Part shown: piece by piece, positions 22,096 through 34,100 of the stretch
How the letters are laid out: each line of letters opens with the position of its first letter
Position numbering within the stretch: the first letter of the stretch is position 1
Notes under the pieces: model-generated
Seen by the model: only the letters and a program-made list of their open reading frames with translations
Databases searched by the model: none
Told to the model about the DNA's origin: nothing
Source of the DNA: Cyanophora paradoxa CCMP329
Lineage: Eukaryota > Plantae > Glaucophyta
Direction of reading: 5' to 3'
DNA length: 61,693 nucleotides
Assembly (NCBI GenBank): GCA_004431415.1
Contig: QPMI01000153.1
Span: 1-61,693 of the forward strand
Program-made: the position numbers and the translations under genes

Positions 22096-23143
22096 CCCCC
22101 CTCGGAACCTGCGCTTTCTTTCACTGTCAAGCGGAGCCGGAATGCAATCGAGCGATGAGGCGAGCTGAGCAGCAAAAGCTAGCTGGCTAGTGCATGTGTA
22201 TGTAGCAATTTGATCCAGCAGCGCTGCGGCCGCTCGAAGGACCGCTTCCGGGTCGTGCTCACGGGCAGATGCAACTCGACAAAATGTACACGATTCAAAT
22301 CTACATATACCGCCGGCATCGTCAAGGTCGCCCGCTTTGCGGTTGCTGCGGACCCTGCAGCTTCTCCATCTGGTAGCGGTCTGCCGCGAGGTTGGGTACG
22401 GGCGGGGGCGCGAGTGGTGCGGTGAGGGCGAACCGGCGAGCTCGCGCAGACGGAAGCGGGATAGATTGAGGCGGAAGGCAGCGCGCAGCAGGGGTCGTGC
22501 AGCGAGTACGCCTTCAGCACGCTGTACAGCTTCTGCTGCCTGCCGCCAGTTCACCATTGGAACCCGCCCCGCGCTGACCAGGGCGCGCGGCCCTGGCACC
22601 CGGGCCCTCGCTCCTGCATGTACAGGACGCATACGTGTGTGTGGAAGGTCCGGCCAAGGATCTCCGGTGCTCGGATTCAGACGTGGAAGCGGTAGTATAA
22701 GTGACTGTCGCCGCGCGACGGTGCGACGGTGACTGTCGGCTGCCGACGCGAGCGGAGCTGGCCATGGGTCTAGAGCTTGAGGTCGAGTCTGCGGTGCTGC
22801 CATCATCGACCCGAGAATGATCCACGGGGGATGCGAACCGGCCGACATCCATCGACCCTCGGCGTGCCGCAGTGCGGCGCGCGGCCGCGGCGCCATCATG
22901 GCCGACCGCGATCGAGCGCCCATGGCCGAGCGCTGCCCGCTGACGGCCGAGGCAGCTGGCGCAACTGAACGCGCAAGCCGAGGCGGAGAGGCAGCGGGGC
23001 GGCGCGGCGCAGGACGAGGACAACGACGACGTGAGTACGATACCGGCTAGCCCCCCTCGGAACCTGCGCTTTCTTTCGCTGTCAAGCGGAGCCGGAATGC
23101 AATCGAGCGATGAGGCGAGCTGAGCAGCAAGCTAGCCGGCTAG
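21981..23143 (+). repeat. About 210 bp direct duplication of the LRR gene last exon and 3' UTR (21981-22190 and 22937-23143)
   Basis: Near-identical sequences; the second copy has indels. Confidence 0.9.
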
Positions 23144-23286
23144 CGCTCACGAGGAGGGCTCTCCAAAGTAGACTCGCCGGGATTCGAAGGTCGGACCGAC
23201 GGGGGGATGCGGCTTGACAGGGGTACGAGGGCTGCTGTCTGTTAGTCCCGACTCGACCGCAGCAGAGCGGTAAACGATAAACAGCC

Positions 23287-24333
23287 ATGGCGCTCCTCCA
23301 GGTCAGCGGGCTGGCGGGCTTTGCTGCTTGTTCCGGGCGTAACGATGCTTCTGCAGGTCCTCCCTGGCATTGCCAGCATTCCGGCCGGCGTGGGCCCGTA
23401 CGACCCGCTTGCCTTCAACAATGTGACGGAGTTCTTCCTCCGCGAGTCGGTCCTCTACGCGAATAAAGATGACATCACCCAGCTGGGCTACGACTTCTTC
23501 TGGCTCAGCTTCGGCTTCCACGCCGCGGGCATGCTCCTGTACTTCCTGATGACCATCTTCTTCGGCAAGGGCCGCCGCGCTGTGTACATCCTCCAGGTCG
23601 CCATCTGCGCTATTGGCGTGATCACCTACTTCGCCATGGCCCGCAACCAGGGCAACGTTGGCCTGAAGAACGATGCCTCCACCGGCGTGCGCACCTTCTA
23701 CTGGGCTCGCTACGCGCAGTGGTTTGCCCCGCTTCTCTTTCTCTCCTTTGTTTCTACTGTGTGCTGATGCGTGCTCACGCGCAGGGCGTTCACCTACCCT
23801 CTTATCATCTTCACCCTCGCCATCCTTGCTGGCCAGGCCCAGATTGAGACCACCGTGATCGCTATTGCTGCGTCCCTCTTCTACGTTGCCACCCGCCTCC
23901 TCGGCGCCCTGTCCCAGAGCTCTTCCCGCTGGGGCTGGTTCGGCTTCTCCTGCGGCGCTGCCGTCCTCACTTTCCTTACCCTGTGGGGCAACATCCGCCG
24001 CGCTGCGTTCGTGAAGGGCAAGAAGAACGGCGACATCTACACCTACGCCCTCTTCCTCATCACCGTCCTCAACTTCACCTACCCGACCATCTGGGTCATC
24101 GGCGAGGGGTGAGCGCTTCCGAACCACTTTGCGCTTTACGTAATGGCGTCTTAATCTCTCGCAGCACCCGCGCCATTACTGTCGATGCGGAGATCCTCCT
24201 CTACGCCATCTTCGACGTCATCCAGCAGGGCGTCTTCGGCTTCGTCGTGCTCATGTCCGAGACCATCGCCGCTCTCCCGACCGGCTCCGCGGCCATCGCG
24301 GCGCCGTACGGCTACGGCCAGTCCGCCCTGTAA
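23287..24333 (+). CDS. Microbial (type-1) rhodopsin homologue lacking the retinal-binding lysine
   Basis: Four exons (introns 23302-23356, 23722-23784, 24109-24164). Motifs FYWARYAQWAFTYPL, RWGWFGFS, YPTIWVIGEG and LYAIFDVIQQGVFG. Confidence 0.9.
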
Positions 24334-24822
24334 GCGGATTCCAGCCGTGTTTGCTGCCTAGAATCTAGCTAGATAGTCTCTGGGCAATAAACGATTTCAG
24401 CGTTTGCCCAGCCCCCAGGCGAGACCGGATTTGATGGGTTTCTAAGAGGATGGGATCGGGTGTGGCATTGATAAAAAGCTGAGTTGGAGCTGGAAAACGT
24501 GTCCGGAAAGTTGGCGATTGTGACTGGGGCAGCCTGATGCTCTGCTGGGGATTCCCGTACGCGTGTGCCGGAAGACAGGGATCGGCCGTGGCCCGCGCGC
24601 GCGCGGGCGAAGAGGGAAACAAAAGGCGAAGGGAATGCATCGCTTTGAGAGGAAAAAGGAGAGGGGGGAATTCGGAGGCATCGCCTCGAGATCTAGCTAG
24701 GGACTCAGAGATCGAGAGCTCGAGGAGTCCTAAACATTTTCAGTTCTACCCCCAGGTCGGCCTGTTTTTCTCCTCGATCGGCGCCGTCGTCGCCACCGTT
24801 CGCACACGCGTAATCTCAGCAT

Positions 24823-27776
24823 ATGCCTCCGAAGCGCAGCAGTAAAAGGGGTTCCGAGGCAGTCGAAAAGGACGAGGACGCCCCCGAGACCAAGATGGCC
24901 AAGACCGCTGACGCCCCCGCCTACGCCCGCCACGGCATTGAGGAGATTCGCCGGTTCGTTCGTGACCCTGGCCGACGCGATTCCGCCCCCAATGGGCGCT
25001 TCCGGCCTCCACTTCGCGATCCGCTCCTCGGGGGTCGCCTCTCTTTGGCCGCGAGTCATTCATAGGCTCTTCACTTTAAGAGACCCCTCAGCTCTTGCCC
25101 GAGAGTGCCCGGACGCGTGTGCCCTGGCGATTCGGCATCTGATCCCGTCGCATGCTCACTCTGCCGGCGTCATCTGGTTCTCGCCAGTGTACATAAACTG
25201 CTGTGTCCGAAGGCAATTTTAACCGCCCGTTATCTTGGGCGCGGGAGACGTCGCTTCTGGGGACGAGCCCCACCCATGCTGACTGACATCTCTCGCATGC
25301 AGTGTTTTCACTCCCCGGAGCTGCACCATCAGCAATGGTGAGCGCAACTTGCACATCTCTCTGGCAGATCGATTTGCGGAGAGGGCCCCGAATGTGATAG
25401 CTCCTGCTCTGCGATTGTCAGCAGCGTCATCGCCAGGCTTGCCCAAGGCGAGGATTCCCGCCTGACACATTCGCGCGCTCGCAGATCTCATCCTCGGCCC
25501 CGGCCCCAATGTTGGCCGTAAGACCAAGGTTCGCGGCCCGCCGTCGTTTTCCGGTCGGAGCACACTTGAACGATTTTGTGCAGATCGTTTGCACTCTCGG
25601 TGTCAAGACCGCCGAGGTCGATATGCTTTGCAAGGTGAGCCCTCGGTGGGCGCTCCCGGAGCCCTCTGCAGCTGCCTCACCTCGCCATTTCCGCAGATGA
25701 TCGACGCCGGTGTGCTTTTGAGCGAGGCGGGGCCGGCGAATGGCCGCGGCGGCGCTGACTGAGAGCCGGGGTCGCAGGGATGAACATCGCGCGCCTGAAC
25801 TTCTCGCACGGGGACCACGCGACGCACGGGGCGGCGATCAAGAACATCCGCGAGGCGGTGGCGAAGAAGAACGCCAACGTCGCCATCCTTCTCGACACCA
25901 AGGCGCCCCGGCCGCCTCGCTGGCCTGCGCCGCGCCTGACGCGCGCCGGGGGCAGGGCCCTGAGATCCGCACGGGGCTTCTCAAGGGGCACCAGGCGGTG
26001 GACATCGTGGCGGGGCAGGAGGTGAAGCTGGTGACGGACTACAGCGTGGAGGGCGACGGCAAGGTCATCGCCCTCTCCTACAAGAACATCACCAAGAAGG
26101 TCCCGCGCCCCGCCCCGCCCCTCCGAGGGCCCCCTTGGAGCGAGCGCGGGCCGGGCAGATCAAGCCGGGGAACACTGTGCTGATCGCGGACGGCTCGCTG
26201 AGCCTCACCGTCAAGGAGGTCGGCGCCGACTTTGTCCTCTGCACCGCAAACAACGGTGCGCGCCGCGCCGGCCGCCGCTGCCGGCCCGCCGAGCCGGCGC
26301 GCGGCAGGGATGAAGCTGGGTGAGAAGAAGAACTGCAACCTGCCGGGCGTCGAGGTCGACATCGAGACGATCACCGCCAAGGACCGCGAGGACCTCATGT
26401 GCACCCCGCCCCCGCCCCCGCCCCGGGCGCCCCTGACCCTGCCCAGCTTCGGCGCGGAGCAGGGCATCGACATCGTCGCTGCCTCGTTCGTGCGCTGCGG
26501 CGCGGACATCAAGATCATCCGCGACGCGCTCGGGGAGAAGGGCAAGGTGGGCGGGGCGGGGTGGGCGGGGCGGGGCGGGGTGGCGGGGCGGGGCGGGGGC
26601 GGGGCGGGGGCGGGGCGTTGAGACGGGGCGCAGAACGTGAAGATCATCGCGAAGATCGAGAACCAGCAGGGCCTCGTCAACTTCGACGAGATCCTCGAGG
26701 CCGCCGACGGCATCATGGTCGCCCGCGGTCCGGCCCCGGCCCCGGCCCCGGCCCCCTCCCCGCCCCACCTCACCCCCCCCCCCCCCCCCCCCCCTTCCCC
26801 CCCCCAGGTGATCTCGGCATGGAGATCCCCACCGAGAAAGTCTTCCTCGCCCAGAAGCTCATGATCAACAAGTGCAACCTTGCCGGCAAGCCCGTCATCA
26901 CCGCCACCCAGGCCCGCCCGCCCGCCGCCGCCGCCGCGTGGGGGCGCTGAGGGGGCGGCAGATGCTGGAGTCGATGATCAAGAACCCGCGGCCGACGCGG
27001 GCGGAGGCTACGGACGTTGCGAACGCCGTGTTCGACGGGACGGACTGCGTCATGCTCTCCGGCGAGACGGCCTCGGGCGACTACCCGCTCGAGGCCATCG
27101 GCATCATGAGCCGCGTCTGCCTCGAGGCCGAGAACGCCGTCGACTACCAGAACCTCTACCTCAGCATCAAGTCGGCCACGAAGCAGTGCGCGGGGGCAGG
27201 GGCGGGGCGGGGGCCGGCGGGGGCCGACGGGGCGCAGCCCGCTGCTGCCGGTGGAGGCGCTCTCGAGCTCGGCGGTGGCGTGCGCGGTGGACATGCAGGC
27301 GAAGCTCGTCGTCGTCATCACGGAGACGGGCAAGGCCGCCCGCTTCATCTCCAAGTACTGCCCCCCGATGCCCATGTCCGCCCCCGGCCCCGCCCCGCCC
27401 CGGCCCCGTCGCCCCTCACCCGCCCCCAGCGTCGTCGTCACGGGCTCCGCCCAGGTCGCCCGCCAGGCGCACCTCTCCTGGGGCCTCGTCCCGATGGTCA
27501 GCGAGAAGGGGAAGAGCGAGGAGGTGCGCTGGGGGCGGGGCGGCGGGGTGCGGGGCGGGGTGCCTGAAAGGGCGGGGGGCCAGATCGTGGCGGAGGCGAT
27601 GACGTACGCCAAGAACGCCGGCTACGTCAAGCCCGGCGACAAGGTCGTCTGCCTCCAGGGTCCCCTCCCCCCGCCCCGCCCCGCCCCCACCCCCGCCCCT
27701 CCCGACCCCCGCTGCAGGCGCCTCCGCCAAGATCGAGGCCGGCACCACCGACTGCATCCGCATCTACACCGTCTAA
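24823..27776 (+). CDS. pyk: Pyruvate kinase, multi-exon
   Basis: [80 protein letters not shown] and MLSGETASG. Confidence 0.97.
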
Positions 27777-28129
27777 GCGCCCTGAGCGTGGTCGCCGCCG
27801 GGCCGTCGATGGGCGCTCTTCGCCCACAGCCGCAGACGCAGCATATCTGTGTGAACTGTCTAATTTAAATTTACACGGGCCCGGGGAATTATCTGTGCAG
27901 AATCAGTGGAAATGAGCCGGAAACCGAGATTAGGAAGCTGCGGTGACCGAATTCTCACGAGAATGCGAAGGTGGGCCGGGCGCTGCGGGGGGCACAGGGT
28001 CACCCTCAGAGCCTGCGCATGCCAGGCTGGAATCTCAGTCTCGGTCGCCCGCGGCCGGCGGCGGCCGCCGCGGCCGGGCTCCCGGACTCCGACCCGGAGT
28101 CCGGATCCGGCCGGTTTCTGCATTTGACT

Positions 28130-30579
28130 CGGTTATCATAATATCATCGTGGCATGCGCATCGAATCCCGGGTCCGATGATCGGCGGGTCGGATCCGATG
28201 ATGCGCGCGCATCATGGCATGCGCATGCCTAGCTAGCGCCGCGGCGCGCGCCGCGGGGCGCGCCGCGCGCGCGCACCCTATTGGGGAAGGGTAAAACACT
28301 TCCCCTGTCCCTGTCCCTTGCCAGTTGGGCCCAACTTGGCAACCCTACCCCAAATCCCATTTCCCCGACCTCCGCAAAACCCGGGCCGCGCGGTATATCC
28401 TGAAAGCACATCTCAAGGGGACTCCGAAACCATGTCTCCCGGTCCCGTCCGACCAAAGGGTGATCCAGGAACAGGCACCAACACCCGGGACAAAAATGGG
28501 TCCAGCGACGCACAGGGAGCAGATATACGGGCCAGACCAGCTCGAGGTCGTTGCGCGCATCATGTCCGACATTCCGTACTGCAAGAGCGAGGCCGGGCGC
28601 GAGCGCGGTCGCGTGGGAGGACGCCGCGCGCGCTAGCCAATCACATTGGAGAGTCCGTTAACTTACCCTGCAAAAACCTCTTCGAGTACCCCCAGCCGCT
28701 TTCTCCCCCGGGCGCCGCAGCTCGGCTCGGCTCAACAATATTAATGGTTACGTATACGCCTCTCGCGTGCGCGGCAGTTTGCTGTGGCTCACGCACGCTT
28801 CTCCCCTCCCCCCCTCCCGCGCGCCCATGGCCAGCTGCAGCGCTTCCTCTTCGAAATTCAGCTCGGCGCGCGCGCGCCGGCCGCGGCTTCAACTGTTCAC
28901 CCGCGCCAACCCGCGCAATTGCACAAGCCGGCCGCACTTGGCCGCGGCCGGCTATGCCACTTGCAATTGCAACAAGCCGACGCGCGCCCGCGCGGCGCGC
29001 GCGCCGCGCGACGCAGATCTAGAGCGCGCCGCGCGACGCAGAGCCGTCACGGCGTAAGGACCCTCCGGCCGCTTTCTGAGCGGAGCGTGAGCAGTGACGC
29101 ACCCGCAGCACATGCGCACTCGTGCACCCGCCACGCCTCACGTGCACGCGCGCGACGGCCGCGGGGCCGGGCATGCGCAGCCTGGCAGCTGCAGGAGCTC
29201 GAGCACGTCCAGACAAGGTTCCCTCCCCCGCCCCTGGCCCGGGGCCCGCGCCCTACATAGCTCTAGATCTGGCCCGGGCCCGGGACCTACCTCTAGAGGA
29301 CAGCTCGCGCGCCTCGATCGCGGCCGAGCTCGAGGTTAAATGCCCTTCCCCGGACCCAACTGACGCGCGCGGCAAGTCAGTGGCCCTTTATTTAAAGCTC
29401 AGCGGCTCAGCCGCTGATCATGAGCGGCCGCGGCTAGCCGCGGCCGCGGGCCCTAGCCTGCATGCGCAGCTGCGCATGCAGGCCTACTAGGCTAGGCCTA
29501 GGCGCCCGGCCCGGCTGCCGCAGTGCCGCATGCGCAGGCCCGCAGCTGCCGCAGTGCAGCGCATGTTAACGTGCATTTCAGACACGACCAACGACATCTG
29601 GACTAGCCCTAGCAGCTGTTTGGCTAGCAGTGGGCCGCCGGTCGAATCCATGGGCTCAGACAGATAGGCAAGTGACGTCGAAAATCGAAATCGAATACCG
29701 AAGCTCGAGATCGAAACCTAGGCCTACTTACCCTACGGGCTTAAGATCAAAAGATCAAAGGTGCGGGCCGTGCCCGGAGGCTCGCCCGTTCCCGCCACGG
29801 ACTGGCCCTAAGGGAGAGGAATGCTGCCCGAGGGGGCCGGAACCCCAACGAGCCCCGGACCGGGAGACCGGTACCGGGCCTCCCCCGCTCCCGAAGGTGC
29901 GTAAGGTGGAGCCGCATCGCGTCGCGTCGGATCGAAGCTGGGGTACTGGGGCCATCGCAATCCGTGCGGATCGCCTGCGCGACGCCGCGCGCGAAATCAA
30001 ATTAATAAGACATGCGAAATCGAAATCGAAGGGGGCGCACTGGTGCCCAATGTGAGTGCTGCTCGCTGAAGAGCGCACAGAGGGATTGGGTGGCCTGCCA
30101 GAGCGGGGCGCGTGTAGATCTAGATCCATACGAAACGTTAACCCCGGCGAAGGGGCGCGCAGGACCCTGCGCGCGCGACGTCGGCGCTCAATCGCGAGAG
30201 ACGCTCAAGCTTAAATTTCTACAAGCTTGATCGCGTGCGCGCGCGCTGCGCATGCATATGCCGCGATATGCGCGTACCTGAGCGCGGCCTCGGTCGGGGA
30301 AGGAGCTGCGCAACGCATCGCGGGTGGAGCCTGGCGCGCGCGTGCGCACACGCATAAGAATTGAGAATAACAAATTTAAAGAATTCAATGATTCGAAAGA
30401 TTCCGCGAGCGCACTCGTCGCCGCCGAAATGTTAAACTTGAAATGTTCAAGGTTCATGATCCGAGTGATCATGATCATGATCCTATGATCATCATGGCAT
30501 GCATGCGCGCGGCGCGGCGCGCGGCGCGCGCCGGCGCCGGCGCGCGCCGGCCGCGGCGCGCGCGCCGCGCGGTACGGTA
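28130..30579. repeat. Non-coding region rich in short palindromes and (GC)n runs, probably nested repeat remnants
   Basis: CATCATGGCATGC..(GCGC)n blocks at about 28200 and 30490. GCTGCCGCAGTGC motifs are shared with the 17.4-18.3 kb tract. Confidence 0.5.
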
Positions 30580-30841
30580 CCGTAGAACACATAAATACCG
30601 CGCCCACTTAATTACCGCGGTACCAAATTACCGCGCCGAGAATTTGTTAAAACGCGGTAATTTGGTCCCGCGGTAATTTGCTGCGGAGAAGTTGCCCCAT
30701 ACAGTACCCCCCATAATTACCGCCCCAAACAAGCCTCAAATTTGTAAAAACGCGGTAATTTGGTGCCGCGGTATTTTGCTAAATGGCGGGCCGGGTTTTA
30801 AAACGCGGTAATTTATGCCGCGGTAATTTAGTGCCCGACGG
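30580..30841. mobile_element. MITE of Tc1/mariner/pogo type, TA-flanked
   Basis: TA|CCGTAGAACACATAAATACCGCG ... CGCGGTAATTTAGTGCCCGACGG|TA imperfect TIRs, with many internal AATTACCGCG units in both orientations. Confidence 0.7.
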
Positions 30842-31199
30842 TATACGCGCGTGCCACGGTGCCGCGGCGTGCGTAGCACTGCGCATGCGTACGCATACCG
30901 CGGCATACGTATACGTATACGTATATATACGCGTAGCGAACGGAGGCTAAGAGCCCGCGTCCAATTTTTTCCTGAGCCGGCGCGTGTACTTAGGATCCCC
31001 CGCGATTGCATTTCAGAAAGGAGGTACGTACCAAGAAACACTAGAGGGGGGTACTTGTCTCGAAGCAACCCGCTTGCAATTGCCCCCTGCGGGCCCCCGA
31101 CGATCTTCCGGCCGAAGAGCGTGAGGAAGCCGCCCGAAAAGCAGGATAGCAGCAGTTACGTAGCGCTTCGGATGCGGTCGTGAGGCTCGGAGGGTGCAT

Positions 31200-34100
31200 C
31201 GATGGACGGGTCGAACGGCGGCCCTCCCGGTTCGTAGCGTTGCTCTGTCATCTCGCATGTTCGCCTAGGCAGGAAATAGATCGTTCCTCGTCAGCCAGCC
31301 GCCAGCCTGAGCGAAGAATTCGCATATCGCGGGTCTAGCTTTGTGCTTGGCAGGCTTTCCTGACGGCTGGGCCTAGCTGTATTGGCTTGGTCCTGACGCA
31401 TTGTCCTTGGCAGGCTTTGAGATCTGCCTGACGAAGCGGCGGCTGAAGCGCTCAGCGAATCAATCGTACTTTCACGATCTTGACTACCAGTCCGCGGGCG
31501 ACGGGAAGTTCATCTACCGCATTGTGCGTGCTATGCGTTGCTTGTGATTTCGTGTGCGACCCGCGCCCGCAGGTCCGGCACAATCGACACAAGCTCCGAA
31601 TCAAAGCCAGCACAATACCGTCCTCGTGGAAGGGCAGAACGCTTACTCTGCGCTTGAAGTATGAAGGTAGATACAGGAAACGTTTTCCGCCGCGTTACCA
31701 GCTCACGCGCGACCCCAGACACGGATCAGTTCGTCGAGGAGCGCACGGGGTGCTTTTTGGTGTTTGGTGCGTGCTGCGATGCTGGAATTCAGCTATGCGC
31801 GTGCAAGATCCTGACCTGTGTGTGTGCAGATGAGGGAAATGAGCGTACAGGGCGCCCGTCCAACGTGGTCCAGCTGATTGTCACTGATGATCCTGACAAT
31901 TTGGAGCCGTCATTTGCGATAGAGAGCAGCAGGTGCGAGCTGTTTTTCAGCGTCGTAGAGAGGAACTTACGTACCTGGCGCGCGCGCACCTCGTTGCAGC
32001 CATGTTCACGGGTGCAAGCGGTTCGAGTTTCACGTGCAGGCGGAGTTCGAGACGCGGTGGACGTCGCGTATCGTCGTCTTCACGACCGCGCACGAGCGGA
32101 AGCGCAAGAAGGGTCAGGGTAGGCGCGGGGAGGGCTCTGCAACGAAGGGGAAGCGCTCCCGAGCCTCGAGCGGTGCGCGGCACCCCGGGGAACGAATCGC
32201 GCGGGGCCGAGCCGCGCGCGCCGCAGCGATGCCAGAGGAGGCTGAAGATGATAGCGACGATGACGACGGCGCCGCATCGGGAGAGGACGCTCCCTCATCG
32301 GGTGCCGTGCAGCGCCTGCGGGCGCACCTGCCGCGCCGCCGCGCCCCCTCATGGTGGGCCCCGCAGTGGCTGCTTCGACGCGATCGTACGGAGGAGCGAA
32401 CCTGCGGTCGAACGGAAGGGGCGCGGCCTCTCTGAGCATGCAGGGCGGCCGGAGCCCGGCGCCCAACATGGCGGCCTCGCCCGGCGCGAGGCCACCTGCC
32501 CCCGGCGGCTCCCCCACCCCCTCCCTTCCGCTCGCGGGGCCTGGGCAGAACCCTCCCGCGTACTACGTCTACCCGTACCAGCAGCCGCCGGGAGGGCCGA
32601 TGCCAGTGCAGCAGCCTGGAATGGCGCCCGGTCCCGGGGGCATCCCGAACGGCCTTCCCTCCCTCAGCTCCTATCCTCGGCCCATGCCGCCCCCCGGTGG
32701 CTTCCCGCCCCCGCAGCCGAACGGAGTGCCGCTGGGGCCGCCGCTTGCAGGGGCGGCGCCGATGCTGCGGAGCGGGCCGCTGCGGGGCGGGCCGGGGCCG
32801 GGGGAGGCGTACAATCCAGAGTCGCCGCTGCGGGAGTTCGCGGAGATCATGGACAAGGAGGCCTCAGGGCCCGCCGCCCACCGCGCCCCGCCTGGCGCCC
32901 CGGGACCGCCGCCGAGCGCGCACCTGGGCAGCAAGGGGCCGGACGGGGCGGCGCCCTACCAGCCGTACGACTACGGCTTCTCGCAGCAGCACGGGCAGTC
33001 GGTGGGGCATGGACCGGGCGGCGTGGGCCGCCTCCCCTCGTCGCTGCGCGGCGCCTCGGCAGCGGCAATCGTGGCGAGCGGGACGAGCTTGGACTGGGAC
33101 GCGGGGCACGCGGCGGGGTCGCCGTGGGGCGCGGAGGCGCTGGGGGGCCCGTCGACACCGTCGCTGCTCGAGCAGGGGCCGCATTCGCCGATGATCCCCC
33201 TCGTCGCCACCGCCTCCATCGGCTCCCTCTCGGGGGCCCTCCCCAGCACCCCCTCCCTCCCCACCTCCCTCTCCGGCGCCCTCCCCGTGCCCCCGCCCCC
33301 CGAGCACTCCGCCGCACCCCTCGACCCATCTTCCTCCTCGAGCGCCGGCGCCGGCCCCTCCACTGCAGACGGCGGCCGCGGTGCGTGGGGCGGGGCGGGG
33401 CGCGAGGCGGGCGGGAGGCTGAGGGCGGGCGGGGCAGAGCGGGTGGACGAGGAGGCGATCCAGAAGCTGTGGAAGTCGTGGCGCGAGCTGCTCCACATGG
33501 AGCCGAGCGAGAGCAAGGCTCGCCCCGGCGGCCGCCCCCCCGCTGCGCCGGCACCGCGTGACGCGCGCGCGCAGCGCCAGGAGGCCATCACGTACACCGA
33601 GGCGATGGACCGGGACGCCGAGCGCTGCGCCGCCGCCCCGGACTCTTTCGCCGTGCGCCCCCCGCCGCCGCCTCTCCGCCCCGCCCGACGCTCTGCACGC
33701 CAGGCCCAGGTCCAGAGCGCTGTGATGCGCCGCCCGGGGCCGGAGTACGAGCCCGGCGTCGGCCAGCCCTCCGCGTCGGTCCCGTACTACTGCGTGCGCG
33801 GGGGCGGGGGGTGGGAGGGATGCGGCGCGGGGGTGACGGGCGGGCAGCTGGCGGCGCCGTTCGTGCCGACGGACGAGGAGGCGCGGGAGCTGGTGGAGCG
33901 GCTGGACACGTTCGTGCGCTCACAGCAGTGGCCGGCCCTCCTCCACGTCCTCTGCGACCCCCGAATCCTCTCCACCGTCCTCTACCGCCAGCGGTCAGCC
34001 CCGCGCGCCCCGCCCGCCCCCGCTCCGCCCCGCCCCGCCCCCGCCCCGACCCCAGCCGCCAGATGGGGCCGCATACGCCTCCGCAAGACCATCGGGCTGC

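Noticed and set aside
25020-25480. C/D snoRNA or TPP riboswitch in pyk introns
   Set aside because: No proper RUGAUGA box C and no CUGAGA TPP core could be identified, so it is kept only as a weak finding.
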